In this document: positions 47,313 to 57,124 of the stretch, in pieces
How positions within the stretch are numbered: the stretch's first letter is position 1
How the letters are laid out: each line of letters opens with the position of its first letter
NCBI GenBank assembly: GCA_002345925.1
Contig: DDWM01000047.1
Coordinates: 23,061-87,060, forward strand
Length of the DNA: 64,000 nt
Direction of reading: 5' to 3'
Origin: Actinobacteria bacterium UBA2286
Lineage (GTDB): Bacteria; Actinomycetota; Coriobacteriia; Anaerosomatales; Anaerosomataceae
Translations under genes and position numbers: made by a program
Notes under the pieces: model-generated
Told to the model about the DNA's origin: nothing
Databases searched by the model: none
The model's input: the letters and a program-made list of their open reading frames with translations, nothing else

Positions 47313-48068
47313 TCACGCGGTAGTCGCGGAATCCGCAACGGTCACAGCCGCTTCGATCTGTCCGAGCACTGAATCGGCCAACACGGCGAGCATCGCCGCC
47401 GGAATAGCACCCTCCAGCACGTACGCCATGTTCTGGACCGCAAGCCCGCCGATGATCGGCACGCCGAGACCTCCGGTTCCAATTGCCGCTCCAACGGTCG
47501 CCGTCCCTATATTGATCGCAACCGAGGTGCGAACACCGCTGACGATCACGCGGGCAGCGAGCGGCAGCTCGACACGCATCAGGCGCTGCGTCGGGCTCAT
47601 CCCCATTCCCTCGGCGGCATCGAGCACGTCGCGCGGAACCGACTCGATTCCGGCTATCGTGCCGCCCACTACCGGGAAGAGGCCGTAGATCGAAAGCGCC
47701 ATGACGGTTGGCCAGAAGCCAAAGCCGAGCACCGGCATCGCAAGCGCCAGCACCGCGATCGGCGGAAACGTCTGTCCGAGGTCGGTTGCTGCGATCACGA
47801 GCGAGCGGAACTCGGTGCCGCTTCGCCGCGTCACGAAGATGCCAAGCGGAATGCCGATAGCGATCGTCACCGCGCTCGAGACCCCGACAAGCGCAAGATG
47901 CTGTAAGACGAACGCTGCCAGGGAGTCCCTCGGCATAAGGACGATCGGCTGAGCCGGGAAGAGCGCGCTCAGCAGCCATTCCCAGAACCCCTGCGCGCTC
48001 ACAAGCCACGCGAAGGCAGCTGCTGCCAGCGCGACAAGTGCGAGGTTCATTCGGCGTCGGGAGTTCAC
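47313..48068 (-). CDS. osmoprotectant (glycine betaine/choline-type) ABC transporter permease
   Basis: 251 aa with a BPD-type permease fold. It forms an operon with a CBS-domain ATPase and an OpuC-type binding protein. Confidence 0.85.
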   Translation of the reverse strand: MNSRRRMNLALVALAAAAFAWLVSAQGFWEWLLSALFPAQPIVLMPRDSLAAFVLQHLALVGVSSAVTIAIGIPLGIFVTRRSGTEFRSLVIAATDLGQTFPPIAVLALAMPVLGFGFWPTVMALSIYGLFPVVGGTIAGIESVPRDVLDAAEGMGMSPTQRLMRVELPLAARVIVSGVRTSVAINIGTATVGAAIGTGGLGVPIIGGLAVQNMAYVLEGAIPAAMLAVLADSVLGQIEAAVTVADSATTA

Positions 48069-49195
48069 ACCGCACCCTCCGGAGGCAGATTGGAGATATG
48101 CTCGTCGCCCTCGGTCATCGCTTCCTCCACGGCCGCAAAAGTGACCTCGCCGAGCAGCACATCGTTCTTGTTGGTGACAGCGATGCTGCGGAAACCGAGT
48201 CCGAGCATTCGAGAGAGAGCGTCGCGCAGACTGTCGTCTGGACGCACGGATGCATCCGCCGCTACGACGCGGGTGAGAGCGTCCTCAGGGACAGCGCCTT
48301 CATCCAGCCCGCGAGTGTCGACCCACCCGATGAGGCGGCCATCCGGCTCGACCACGTACGCAAACCGGCGCCGACCTGCGCCGACTTGCAGCGTCAGCAG
48401 GTCCGCGCCTTCAAGAACCGTCGCCGGTGAGCGCATGACGTCTTCAACTCGCACGCGCACGAGTCGCTTGAGCGCGCGGTCAGCACCCACGAAATCGTGC
48501 ACGAACTTGTTCGCGGGGTGGTTGAGAACCTCCTCGGGCGTGTCGAACTGCTGGAGCTTGCCGTCACGCATGATGGCGATCTTATCGGCAAGGCGGATCG
48601 CCTCGTCGATATCGTGCGTGACGAAGATGACGGTCTTCTTCAGCTCACGCTGGATGCGGCCGAACTCGGCCTGTAGTCGCTCGCGGTTGAGCGGGTCGAC
48701 CGCGCCGAACGGCTCATCCATGAGCAGCACCGGCGGATCGGCTGCAAGCGCGCGAGCGACGCCAACGCGCTGCGCCTCGCCGCCTGAGAGCTGACGCGGG
48801 TACTTGCCCCGGTACACTTCCGGGTCCAACCCGACGAGGGTCAGGAGCTCATCGACCCGCTCGGCCATACGGGACTTCTCCCAGCCGAGTAGGCGGGGCA
48901 CCACGCAGATGTTGCCGGCGACTGTGAAATGCGGGAAGAGCCCAATCGACTGGATGACATAGCCTAGGCTACGGCGGAGCTCCTCGACGGGCACAGACAA
49001 GATGTCGCTGTCATTGACGAAGATATGGCCGGACGTGGGCTCGATGAGACGATTGATCATCCGGAGCGTCGTGGTCTTGCCACAGCCCGACGGACCGATG
49101 AGCACGCAGACTTCACCCTCGGCGATCTCGAGTGACAGCGAGTCCACGGCCGTTGTGTCGCCATACCGGCGCGTAAGGTCCTCAAGCCGGATCAT
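48065..49195 (-). CDS. osmoprotectant ABC transporter ATP-binding protein with tandem CBS domains
   Basis: Walker A is GPSGCGKTT and the ABC signature is LSGGEAQRV. The C-terminal CBS pair is typical of OpuCA/ProV. Confidence 0.9.
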   Translation of the reverse strand: MIRLEDLTRRYGDTTAVDSLSLEIAEGEVCVLIGPSGCGKTTTLRMINRLIEPTSGHIFVNDSDILSVPVEELRRSLGYVIQSIGLFPHFTVAGNICVVPRLLGWEKSRMAERVDELLTLVGLDPEVYRGKYPRQLSGGEAQRVGVARALAADPPVLLMDEPFGAVDPLNRERLQAEFGRIQRELKKTVIFVTHDIDEAIRLADKIAIMRDGKLQQFDTPEEVLNHPANKFVHDFVGADRALKRLVRVRVEDVMRSPATVLEGADLLTLQVGAGRRRFAYVVEPDGRLIGWVDTRGLDEGAVPEDALTRVVAADASVRPDDSLRDALSRMLGLGFRSIAVTNKNDVLLGEVTFAAVEEAMTEGDEHISNLPPEGAV

Positions 49196-50403
49196 GCGCG
49201 GACTCCTTCCGGGGTGAGCGCTCGTCCGAGCGCGGAGAGCGCGACGTCGGCGATTACCGCTAGTGCGATCACCGGCAGCGCGCCAAGCAAGATGAGGTCG
49301 GGCGCGAACTGCCCGAGGCCTTCGAAGATGAGGATGCCAAGGTTGCGCGCGCCCGCGAAGACTGTAAGCGTCGTGATGCCGATAAGGAGCACGGCGGCAG
49401 TGCGAACACCTTCGACGATCAGCGGCAGCGCTAGCGGGAACTCAACGCGCCACAGCAGCTGCCACGAGCTCATTCCCATCCCGCGACCGGCATCGATGAC
49501 AGCCGGGTCTACCTCGGCAAGACCGACGTATGTGTTGCGTACGATCGGGAGAAGCGCATAAAGCGTGAGGGCGATGAGGCCGGGAGCTGCGCCGATTCCG
49601 CGCACGCCGAGGTCTCGCAGCCATGGAACCGCGACGCCGAGGGCAGCAAGCGGTGCGATCAGCAGGCCGAGGAGAGCCAAGCTGGGCACCGTTTGGATGA
49701 TGCCGGTCACACCGAGTGCGACCGCTCGGACGTGCTTGTTGCGAGTCGCCCATAGCCCGAGCGGCACCCCCAGGAGCAACCCGAAGCCGAGACCCGCGCC
49801 CGACAGCGCGAGATGTCCGCCGAGCAGCGACCAGAACGAGCTGGCGCGCACCTCGAACTCGCGGGCGAGCGAGATGCGATCGAGGCCGCCCCACATGAAC
49901 GCCGCGATCACGGCTCCCGCGACCAACACCATCGGCCCCGCCCAGCGCACCAGCTTCTGGCGTCGCTCCTCGCCACCTGAGAAGCCGAGGATCGCCGTGC
50001 CGGCGAGCAGCACCCACACGCCTGAACCGAGCGATACGCGAGCAACTGCGGCTTGGTCGGCCAGCAGCGCAGTTGATGCGGCGCCGAGCCCCCAGGCCAG
50101 CGCTCCCACTAGCCCGTAGCCGCTCGCCGATGAGGATGCCGAGCGCGCCCTCGCCGTTGGAGCCACAGCCGAGAGGAACCCGACAGCCACGAGCAGGAAC
50201 AACAGATACGCCCATGGTCCCGCTGCGGCTACCGAGTACTCGGTGCCAGGCACAAGCCGGTTAGGACGCAACTCTACGAAGGGCAGCGCAGTGACGCCCG
50301 CGAGTGCGACCATCGCACCCACGAGCGCCACTCGATCATATCGAGTCTGGGCGCTTTGCTCGGCCACGCTACTTGATAAGCCCCTTCGATTGGAGATATT
50401 CAC
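49192..50403 (-). CDS. osmoprotectant ABC transporter permease with a ~190-aa N-terminal multi-TM extension
   Basis: The C-terminal half is a standard permease domain. The N-terminal half adds about five extra TM helices. The start is uncertain (ATG 50403, GTG 50364 or ATG 50313). Confidence 0.75.
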   Translation of the reverse strand: MNISNRRGLSSSVAEQSAQTRYDRVALVGAMVALAGVTALPFVELRPNRLVPGTEYSVAAAGPWAYLLFLLVAVGFLSAVAPTARARSASSSASGYGLVGALAWGLGAASTALLADQAAVARVSLGSGVWVLLAGTAILGFSGGEERRQKLVRWAGPMVLVAGAVIAAFMWGGLDRISLAREFEVRASSFWSLLGGHLALSGAGLGFGLLLGVPLGLWATRNKHVRAVALGVTGIIQTVPSLALLGLLIAPLAALGVAVPWLRDLGVRGIGAAPGLIALTLYALLPIVRNTYVGLAEVDPAVIDAGRGMGMSSWQLLWRVEFPLALPLIVEGVRTAAVLLIGITTLTVFAGARNLGILIFEGLGQFAPDLILLGALPVIALAVIADVALSALGRALTPEGVRA

Positions 50404-51334
50404 GAGCTACGGTCTTTGGGTCGGCGCCATCAACGGCGACCCGACCATTGAGCTCCTGCAGCGTCTCAATCGTGAGACCCTGGAACACCGGATCAAGAAT
50501 GGTCGCGATTTCCGGGTACTCCGTCATGACGTCGCCACGGACCAGCGGCGCAGCCTCGTACACCGGCCAGATGCTCTTGGGATCGCCGAGCGTCACAAGA
50601 CCAAGCGCCGAGAGGCTACCGTCGGTGCCGTACGCCATCGCGGCGTTCGCGCCATTGGTACCCTGCGCAGCAGCGGCCTCAGTCTGCGCGGTGTCGCCAC
50701 CGGAGAGCACGATGAGCTGATCGGCGTTCAGCTTGAAGCCGTACGCCGCCTCGATCGCCGGAACCCCGTCTTCGGTGCGGTCGACGAACTCCTGCGAGGC
50801 CACCAGCTTCACTGCGCCACCCTTGTTGATGTAAGCGGCCCAGTCAGCGAGCGTCGTGATGTTCTCGCTCGTGGACAGCGCGCCCGGAATGGCAATGGCC
50901 CACGTGTTGTTGGCAGGCGCACGCTCGAGCCAGACGATGTCATTCTGCTCTGCATCGAGCTTCTTGACCGTGTCGAACGCCGCCTGTGCGTCCTTGCTCA
51001 CGCCGGGGTCGATCGTCGTGCCCGTGAAGTACTGGGTGAGAGCTGTCCCGGTGTACTCGGGGTACATGTCGATCTCGCCGGCGAGCAGCGCCTTGCGAAC
51101 GACCTCGGTGGTGCCGGTCTTGGTCTTGTCCACGACATCGAAACCGTTCTCCTCGAGCATCGCGACCATGATCTGACCGAGAACCCCGCCTTCTGTGTCG
51201 ATCTTGGAGCCGACGGTGACCGTGCCCTTGGGCTCTGCCATGTCTCCGGTGTCAGTGGTTGTACTGGTGCCGCATCCGGCAACCGTGAGTGCCAGCGCGA
51301 AGACGACCGCCAGCGCCATTACCCGCTTCAACAT
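50369..51334 (-). CDS. glycine betaine/osmoprotectant ABC transporter substrate-binding lipoprotein
   Basis: The lipobox is LALTVAGCGT, with an OpuCC-type VGSKIDTEGGVLGQIMVAMLEENGF motif. The start is at the ATG at 51334. Confidence 0.85.
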   Translation of the reverse strand: MLKRVMALAVVFALALTVAGCGTSTTTDTGDMAEPKGTVTVGSKIDTEGGVLGQIMVAMLEENGFDVVDKTKTGTTEVVRKALLAGEIDMYPEYTGTALTQYFTGTTIDPGVSKDAQAAFDTVKKLDAEQNDIVWLERAPANNTWAIAIPGALSTSENITTLADWAAYINKGGAVKLVASQEFVDRTEDGVPAIEAAYGFKLNADQLIVLSGGDTAQTEAAAAQGTNGANAAMAYGTDGSLSALGLVTLGDPKSIWPVYEAAPLVRGDVMTEYPEIATILDPVFQGLTIETLQELNGRVAVDGADPKTVAREYLQSKGLIK

Positions 51335-51583
51335 GATTTCCTCCTCCATGTTGGACGGCGCGCCTAAGCGTCGTCCGATACGTGTTCATACCCGTTGTGA
51401 CTTCGGTATGCCGCTTCAGACTGTGAGAATCTGGGACATATCAGCAGAATTATAACCCGGCTTTATACTTTTTATCATGTGGAACAATCTTTCGGAGCCC
51501 AGGAACAACCTGTTGCTGGCGTTCCTCGGCGGGGGAAACTAGACTGGTTGGGTTCGTGCCCGACATAGCTGATCGGAGTTCCT

Positions 51584-52693
51584 GTGACATCCTTCTACCT
51601 TACAGACCTCGCGCTTGAGCCTATTGCCGCCAAGGTCATGGCAGGCGAACGCCTCACTCGCGAAGACGGCTTGACGCTTTACGCAAGCAACGACTTGCTC
51701 GGCATCGGCCAGATGGCCGATCACGTTCGCCGTACGATCAATGGCGATCGCGTGCATTTCATGGTGAATCGCCACATCAACCCGACCAACATCTGCGAGA
51801 ACCGCTGCAAGTTCTGCGCGTTCTCCCGCAGCAAGGGCCAGGACGGCGCTTACGAGATGACGCTCGACGAGATCGTCAAAGCTGCCGAGGAGGCCGTGCC
51901 CGAGGGCGCACACGAGGTGCACATCGTTGGCGGCCTGCACCCCGACTGGCCGTTCGAGTTCTACCTCGACATGATGCGCCGCCTTCGCGCTGCTCTGCCG
52001 CCGCACGTGATCATCCAGGCGTTCACCGCCGTTGAGATCGAGTTCTACTCGCAGATCAGCGAGCTCTCCACGCTCGAGGTGCTGCGCCAGCTGAAAGAAG
52101 CCGGGCTCGACTCCATGCCGGGCGGCGGCGCCGAGATCTTCTCGGACAGGACGCGCATGGCTGCCTGGGACAAGAAGACCTCGGCGGACGACTGGCTCCG
52201 AATCCACGGCGAGGCGCACTCGCTTGGCATCAAGACGAACTGCACGATGCTATACGGTCACATCGAGACCCTCGAAGAGCGCGTCGATCACCTCGTCCGC
52301 CTACGCGAGCAGCAGGACGTAAGCGGCGGCTTCCTCGCGTTCATCCCGCTCGCCTTCCACCCGCTCAACACCGAGCTTGCCGACCTGCCCGGCACGACCG
52401 GCTTCGATGATCTCAAGACGCTCGCGATCGCGCGCCTGATGCTCGACAACATCGGGCACATCAAGGCGTTTTGGATCATGGTCGGCATGAAAGTCGCGCA
52501 GCTCTCCACGGCGTTCGGTGTTGACGACCTCGACGGCACAGTCGTCGAGGAGCGCATCACGCACATGGCCGGCGCGGTCACGCCTGAGGCGCTCAGCAAA
52601 GAGGATCTTCTCGGCATGATCCGTGAGACCGGACACGTGCCGGTTGAGCGCGACACGCTGTACAAAGTGATTCGCGTCTACGACGAGGTGTAA
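51584..52693 (+). CDS. mqnE: aminofutalosine synthase (radical SAM, MqnE-type)
   Basis: The radical SAM motif is CENRCKFCAF. HIVGGLHPDWPFEFY, AFTAVEIEF, TMLYGHIET and GGFLAFIPLAFHP are features I associate with MqnE rather than MqnC. GTG start with a GGAG SD. Confidence 0.75.
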   Translation: MTSFYLTDLALEPIAAKVMAGERLTREDGLTLYASNDLLGIGQMADHVRRTINGDRVHFMVNRHINPTNICENRCKFCAFSRSKGQDGAYEMTLDEIVKAAEEAVPEGAHEVHIVGGLHPDWPFEFYLDMMRRLRAALPPHVIIQAFTAVEIEFYSQISELSTLEVLRQLKEAGLDSMPGGGAEIFSDRTRMAAWDKKTSADDWLRIHGEAHSLGIKTNCTMLYGHIETLEERVDHLVRLREQQDVSGGFLAFIPLAFHPLNTELADLPGTTGFDDLKTLAIARLMLDNIGHIKAFWIMVGMKVAQLSTAFGVDDLDGTVVEERITHMAGAVTPEALSKEDLLGMIRETGHVPVERDTLYKVIRVYDEV

Positions 52694-52696
52694 ACC

Positions 52697-53527
52697 ATGC
52701 TGCGTCCGCGCCTCGGCCATATCCAGTTCATCAACTGCCTGCCTCTGTACTACGGCATGGTGAAGAACGACGTGCTCCTCGACGTCGACCTGGTGAAAGC
52801 GAACCCGGCCGACCTAGCAGCAGAGCTGCTTGACGGACGTCTCGACGTGGCACCGATTCCGGCTATAGAGTACGCGCGGCACGCAGACAAGTTCGTGCTG
52901 CTGCCGGATATCGCGATCTCATCAGAAGGTGAGGTCCAGTCGATACTCCTGGTCTCGAAGGTACCTGCCGAGGAGCTCTCGGGCTGCACCGTGGCGCTTA
53001 CCGACACCTCGCGCACTTCGCAGGTGCTCGCGCGCGTGCTCATCGCGAAGCGCTGGGGCGCAGAGGCAACGTACACCGAGATGCCGCCGGACTTGCCGGC
53101 GATGCTTCGGGATGCCGACGCCGCGCTGCTCATCGGTGACGAGGCACTCCGCGCGTACTGGGACCACCCCGAGGGGCTCTACACGTACGACCTCGGCACC
53201 GAATGGACAACGTGGACCGACCTGCCGATGGTGTACGCCGTATGGGCTGTGCGCCGCACATATGCCGAGGAGAACCCGGCCGCAGTGCAGGCCGTCGCCG
53301 ACGCGCTGACGAACTCACTCTCCTACTGCCGCGGCCACCTCGACGATATCAGCGAGTACGCCGCGCGCTGGGAGCAGTTTCCCGCCGAGAAATTCCGCAG
53401 CTACTTCGACGCGCTGCGCTTCCGCTTCCAGCCGCAATTCCGCGAAGGTCTCGCGCGCTATCTGGCCGAGGCGGTCGCTATCGGACAGCTCGATGCGGTT
53501 CCGACGATTGAGGTGTTCGGCGAATGA
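52697..53527 (+). CDS. mqnA: chorismate dehydratase (futalosine pathway)
   Basis: LGHIQFINCLPLYYG and the periplasmic-binding-protein-like fold are typical of MqnA. Confidence 0.8.
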   Translation: MLRPRLGHIQFINCLPLYYGMVKNDVLLDVDLVKANPADLAAELLDGRLDVAPIPAIEYARHADKFVLLPDIAISSEGEVQSILLVSKVPAEELSGCTVALTDTSRTSQVLARVLIAKRWGAEATYTEMPPDLPAMLRDADAALLIGDEALRAYWDHPEGLYTYDLGTEWTTWTDLPMVYAVWAVRRTYAEENPAAVQAVADALTNSLSYCRGHLDDISEYAARWEQFPAEKFRSYFDALRFRFQPQFREGLARYLAEAVAIGQLDAVPTIEVFGE

Positions 53528-54735
53528 GCGAGCGCATGGGAGGTCCGCCGGTAGGAATCGGCGGCTCAGACAGTCCTCGCTTCGGCGCTGACGCGCCTTC
53601 GCTGCGGAACTCGCCGACGACTCCCACCGGCGACCTCCGCCAGCTTCACGGGCTGGCGTTTGCGGCGGCGCGTGGGGAGCATCGACTCTCGGCGGAAGAG
53701 GCGCTTGAGCTGCTGGCTCATGCCGACATGCTTGCGCTTGGGGCGGCGGCTAGTGCTATGCGCGACCGGCTGCACCCGGAGCGCGAGGCCACGTTCATCG
53801 TGGACCGCAACGTCAACTACACCAACGTGTGCGTGAGCGGCTGCCGGTTCTGCGCGTTTTTCCGCGATAGCAGCGACGCTGACGCTTACTTGCTCTCGGC
53901 AGAGGACCTGTACGCCAAGGTGGAAGAAACGCTCGCGCTCGAGGGCACCGCGATCCTGCTACAGGGCGGCCTGCATCCCGACCTCGGCATCGAGTGGTAC
54001 GAGAACATGCTGCGCGAGCTCAAGGCGCGCTACCCCATCCACGTGCACGGCTTCGGCCCGCCGGAGATGGTGCACATCGCGAAGGTCTCAGGCATCAGCA
54101 CGCGCGAGGTGCTTCAGCGATTGCGCGACGCCGGCCTGGACTCGCTGCCGGGTGGCGGCGCCGAGATCCTGGTGGACAGCGTGCGCTCTCACGTCTCGCC
54201 CAAGAAGGCGACGAGCGACCAGTGGCTTGACGTGATGCGTGAAGCACACGACCTCGGCATGTCGACGACCGCCACCATGATGTTCGGCGGCACGGAAAGC
54301 GTGGAGGACCGCGTCGCGCATATGCAGCGCGTACGTGAGGTCCAGGACGAAGCTGCCGAGAAGGACGCTGTCGGCTTCCGCGCGTTCATCCCCTGGAGCT
54401 TCCAGCCCGGCAACACCGAGCTTGCCGAAGGTGAGTTCACCGGTGCTGCGGCCAGCGGCTGGGAGTACCTGCGCACGCTAGCGGTCTCGCGTCTCTTCCT
54501 CGATAACGTCGCCAACATTCAGGCGTCCTGGGTCACCCAGGGTCCCAAGATCGGGCAGGTCGCGCTGTGCTTTGGCGCAAACGACATGGGCTCCACGATG
54601 ATCGAGGAGAACGTGGTCGCCTCGGCGGGCACGCACTTCATGCTCGCGCGCGAGGAGCTGGTGCGCCTCATCGAAGATGCGGGCTTCACGCCGGTGCAGC
54701 GCGACACACTCTACCGAGAGGTGCGCAGGTTCTAG
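53524..54735 (+). CDS. mqnC: cyclic dehypoxanthinyl futalosine synthase (radical SAM, MqnC-type)
   Basis: Motifs seen are IVDRNVNYTNVCVSGCRFCAF, GGLHPDLGIEWY, PGGGAEIL and ATMMFGG. The gene is ATGA-coupled to mqnA. The N-terminal ~40 aa may be over-called. Confidence 0.75.
   Translation: MSERMGGPPVGIGGSDSPRFGADAPSLRNSPTTPTGDLRQLHGLAFAAARGEHRLSAEEALELLAHADMLALGAAASAMRDRLHPEREATFIVDRNVNYTNVCVSGCRFCAFFRDSSDADAYLLSAEDLYAKVEETLALEGTAILLQGGLHPDLGIEWYENMLRELKARYPIHVHGFGPPEMVHIAKVSGISTREVLQRLRDAGLDSLPGGGAEILVDSVRSHVSPKKATSDQWLDVMREAHDLGMSTTATMMFGGTESVEDRVAHMQRVREVQDEAAEKDAVGFRAFIPWSFQPGNTELAEGEFTGAAASGWEYLRTLAVSRLFLDNVANIQASWVTQGPKIGQVALCFGANDMGSTMIEENVVASAGTHFMLAREELVRLIEDAGFTPVQRDTLYREVRRF
54703..54735. 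repeat. 33-bp direct repeat copy 1 (last 10 codons plus the stop of mqnC)
   Basis: GAC ACA CTC TAC CGA GAG GTG CGC AGG TTC TAG. It matches 57124-57156 at 30/33 positions. Confidence 0.85.
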
Positions 54736-54871
54736 CAGTCCTGACCGTCTGACGCGTATCCACTCCCGGCTGGAAAACGCTGCTATTCTGGCGCGCCTCG
54801 GACTATACTCGGCACAGTGCGTCTCGAACGGTGGGGTTCAGTCGCTTTTCAAGGTCCTAGGGGGAATCACA

Positions 54872-57124
54872 GTGCGCAGAGTCACGCTGGTGTTCGTATT
54901 GGCGGCTATCCTGATGCTCGCACTGCCGAGCGCGGCGCACGCAGCAGATATATATGTGAGCACCACCGGGAGCGATGCGCTCGGTGCGGGCACGGAAGCC
55001 TCTCCTTTCGCGACGATCCAATATGCGATCGACACCGCCGTCGGGAACTTGGACCCCTCTGACAACGTACATGTCGCGGCCGGCGAGTACACCGGCAACA
55101 TCACGATGAAAGACTGCGTCTCACTCTACGGTGCGGGATCTGCCGAAACGACTATCACAGGTACGGGAGCCGGGTCGGTCGTGACGATCAACAGCATCGG
55201 CACGGGGGAAACGCTTTCGGGCTTCACGATCTCCGGCGGCATCGCGCCCAGCTTCGGTGGCGGCATCTACTGCGACTCCTCCTCGCCGACGATCGAGGGC
55301 TGCACCATCTCGGGCAACACCGCGTCTTATGGCGGCGGCGTCTTCTGCATCCTCTCTTCGCCGACGATCGAGGGCTGCACCATCTCAGACAACAGCGCGG
55401 ATTACGGCGGCGGCATCTGGTGCACCTTCTCCTCGCTGACGGTCACGGACTGCACCATCTCGGGCAATCGCGCGACCATGGGTGGCGGCATCTACTGCAC
55501 CTCATCCTCGCCGACGATCACGGACTGCACCATCTCGGGCAACAGCGCGGCTTTCGACGGCGGCGGCATCTTCTGCTACGACTCCTCGCCGACGATCACG
55601 GACTGCACCATCTCAGACAACACCGAGTCCTCCTACGGTGGCGGCATCTTCTGCTGGTACTCCTCGCCGACGATCACGAACTGCACCATCTCAGACAACA
55701 GCGCGGTCGCCGGCAGCGGCATCTGCTGCCACTACTCCTCGCCGACGATCACGGACTGCACCATCTCAGACAACAGCGCGGATTACGGCGGCGGCATCTG
55801 GTGCACCTTCTCCTCGCTGACGGTCACGGACTGCACCATCTCGGGCAACGGCGGCCTCCAAGGTGGCGGCATCTTCTGCGGCGACTCCTCGCTAGTTATC
55901 ACGAACTGCACCATCTCGGACAACACCGCGGCTTCCGGCGGCGGCATCTACTGCCGGTCCTCCTCGCCGACGATCACGAACTGCATCGTGTGGAACAACG
56001 GCGACGACCTCTATAACTGCATTGCCACCTACTCATGCATCTCTACTGCCGGAGACGCCACAGGCGATGGCAACATCACCGACGATCCTCGATTCGTGGA
56101 TGCGACAAACGACGACTACCGCCTGCAGTCCGGCTCGCCGTGCATCGACACTGCGACGTCCGAGGGAGCCCCGGCCACAGACATCGACGGAGTCGTGCGA
56201 CCCCAGTGCGCGGGCTACGACATGGGCGCGCACGAGTACTACGTGGTATCCGATCCGACGCTCTCCTCGGCGACGCATACCGAGGGCGTCTGGTCTAACA
56301 ACAAGACCGTGACCGTCGACATCACTGCGGCCACCGGCACCGCTCCAGCTGCAGCAGGCTATGCGATCTCGATAAGCCAAAACGCCACCGCCTACCCAGC
56401 CACCACAATCACCCAGGACGCCTCAGCCCAAAGCTTCAGCTTCGATGCTGCCACTGATGGCACCTGGTACGTCAACGTCGCCACCCTCGATGTGTTCGAC
56501 TGCTGGTCTGAGGGCGTCTCATTCGGACCGATCGTGATCGATACGACCACCCCGGTCACCACTGCGTCCGTCACTGATTCGACTGGCGAGGCGACCGTCC
56601 GGTTCACATCCTCTGATGCCATGTCCGGTGTTGCAGCTATCTACTGCACGGTTGACGGAGGAGCGGTAGGCAGCGGCAGCTCGGTCGTGGCGAGCGGGAC
56701 AGGTACGCATACGATCGTCTACTGGGCATCAGACAAAGCCGGCAACGTCGAGCTCTCCCATACACTGGCGGTTGAGATCGCCGCACCCGCGGCGGGTGGG
56801 ACCGATACAACACCGGACGACACCGATGCCAGCGACGGTGGCGGGACCGCGGAAAGTGAGGGGGCCGCAGTCGCATCTCCCGACGGCGAGGGCAAGGATA
56901 CAGCGTCAGCGGACGTATCCGAGACCGTAGTCGCCTCTTCCGAGGACGACGGTACCGAGGAAGCAGCCGGAGGAGCATTGCCAGTCGCGGACGGGCAGGC
57001 TGCTCCTGCCGATGAGCAGAACGAGAGCGGTTCTCTCGGCTGGATACCGTGGGCGGTGCTCGGCCTGGTCGCGCTTCTCGGCGGGTTTGGCGCATGGCAA
57101 GTGCTCGCGAGGCCTCGACCGTAG
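54872..57124 (+). CDS. secreted right-handed parallel beta-helix repeat protein with an acidic stalk and a C-terminal TM anchor
   Basis: The GTG at 54872 has GGGGGA 7 nt upstream. The signal peptide ends in AHA/AD. A DUF1565-like N-terminus (IYVSTTGSD...SPFATIQYAID) is followed by ten ~25-aa GGGI(Y/F/W)C..SSPTI..CTIS.N coils. There is also a VYWASDKAGNVE Ig-like motif, an Asp/Glu/Gly/Thr-rich region, and a TM helix plus RPRP tail. Confidence 0.8.
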   Translation: MRRVTLVFVLAAILMLALPSAAHAADIYVSTTGSDALGAGTEASPFATIQYAIDTAVGNLDPSDNVHVAAGEYTGNITMKDCVSLYGAGSAETTITGTGAGSVVTINSIGTGETLSGFTISGGIAPSFGGGIYCDSSSPTIEGCTISGNTASYGGGVFCILSSPTIEGCTISDNSADYGGGIWCTFSSLTVTDCTISGNRATMGGGIYCTSSSPTITDCTISGNSAAFDGGGIFCYDSSPTITDCTISDNTESSYGGGIFCWYSSPTITNCTISDNSAVAGSGICCHYSSPTITDCTISDNSADYGGGIWCTFSSLTVTDCTISGNGGLQGGGIFCGDSSLVITNCTISDNTAASGGGIYCRSSSPTITNCIVWNNGDDLYNCIATYSCISTAGDATGDGNITDDPRFVDATNDDYRLQSGSPCIDTATSEGAPATDIDGVVRPQCAGYDMGAHEYYVVSDPTLSSATHTEGVWSNNKTVTVDITAATGTAPAAAGYAISISQNATAYPATTITQDASAQSFSFDAATDGTWYVNVATLDVFDCWSEGVSFGPIVIDTTTPVTTASVTDSTGEATVRFTSSDAMSGVAAIYCTVDGGAVGSGSSVVASGTGTHTIVYWASDKAGNVELSHTLAVEIAAPAAGGTDTTPDDTDASDGGGTAESEGAAVASPDGEGKDTASADVSETVVASSEDDGTEEAAGGALPVADGQAAPADEQNESGSLGWIPWAVLGLVALLGGFGAWQVLARPRP
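55256..56011 (+). repeat. ten tandem ~75-78-bp coding repeats (beta-helix coils) with a 381-bp higher-order period
   Basis: Units start at 55256, 55331 ... 55937. A 93-bp stretch is identical between 55375-55467 and 55756-55848. Confidence 0.9.

Noticed and set aside
55420-56016. 198-aa ORF with a striking LLADDHGLHHLGQ repeat, and a 112-aa ORF (55482..55820) with an RRRSRTAPSQTT repeat
   Set aside because: These are alternative reading frames of the tandem beta-helix coil repeats, so their periodicity is inherited from the DNA repeat. The annotated frame has the signal peptide, SD and recognisable beta-helix motifs.
56990-57124. Possible sortase (LPXTG) sorting signal at the C-terminus of the beta-helix protein
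   Set aside because: A TM helix plus a basic tail is present (WAVLGLVALLGGFGAWQVLARPRP), but no LPXTG-like or related motif precedes it (...QNESGSLGWIP). I called it a plain C-terminal membrane anchor.
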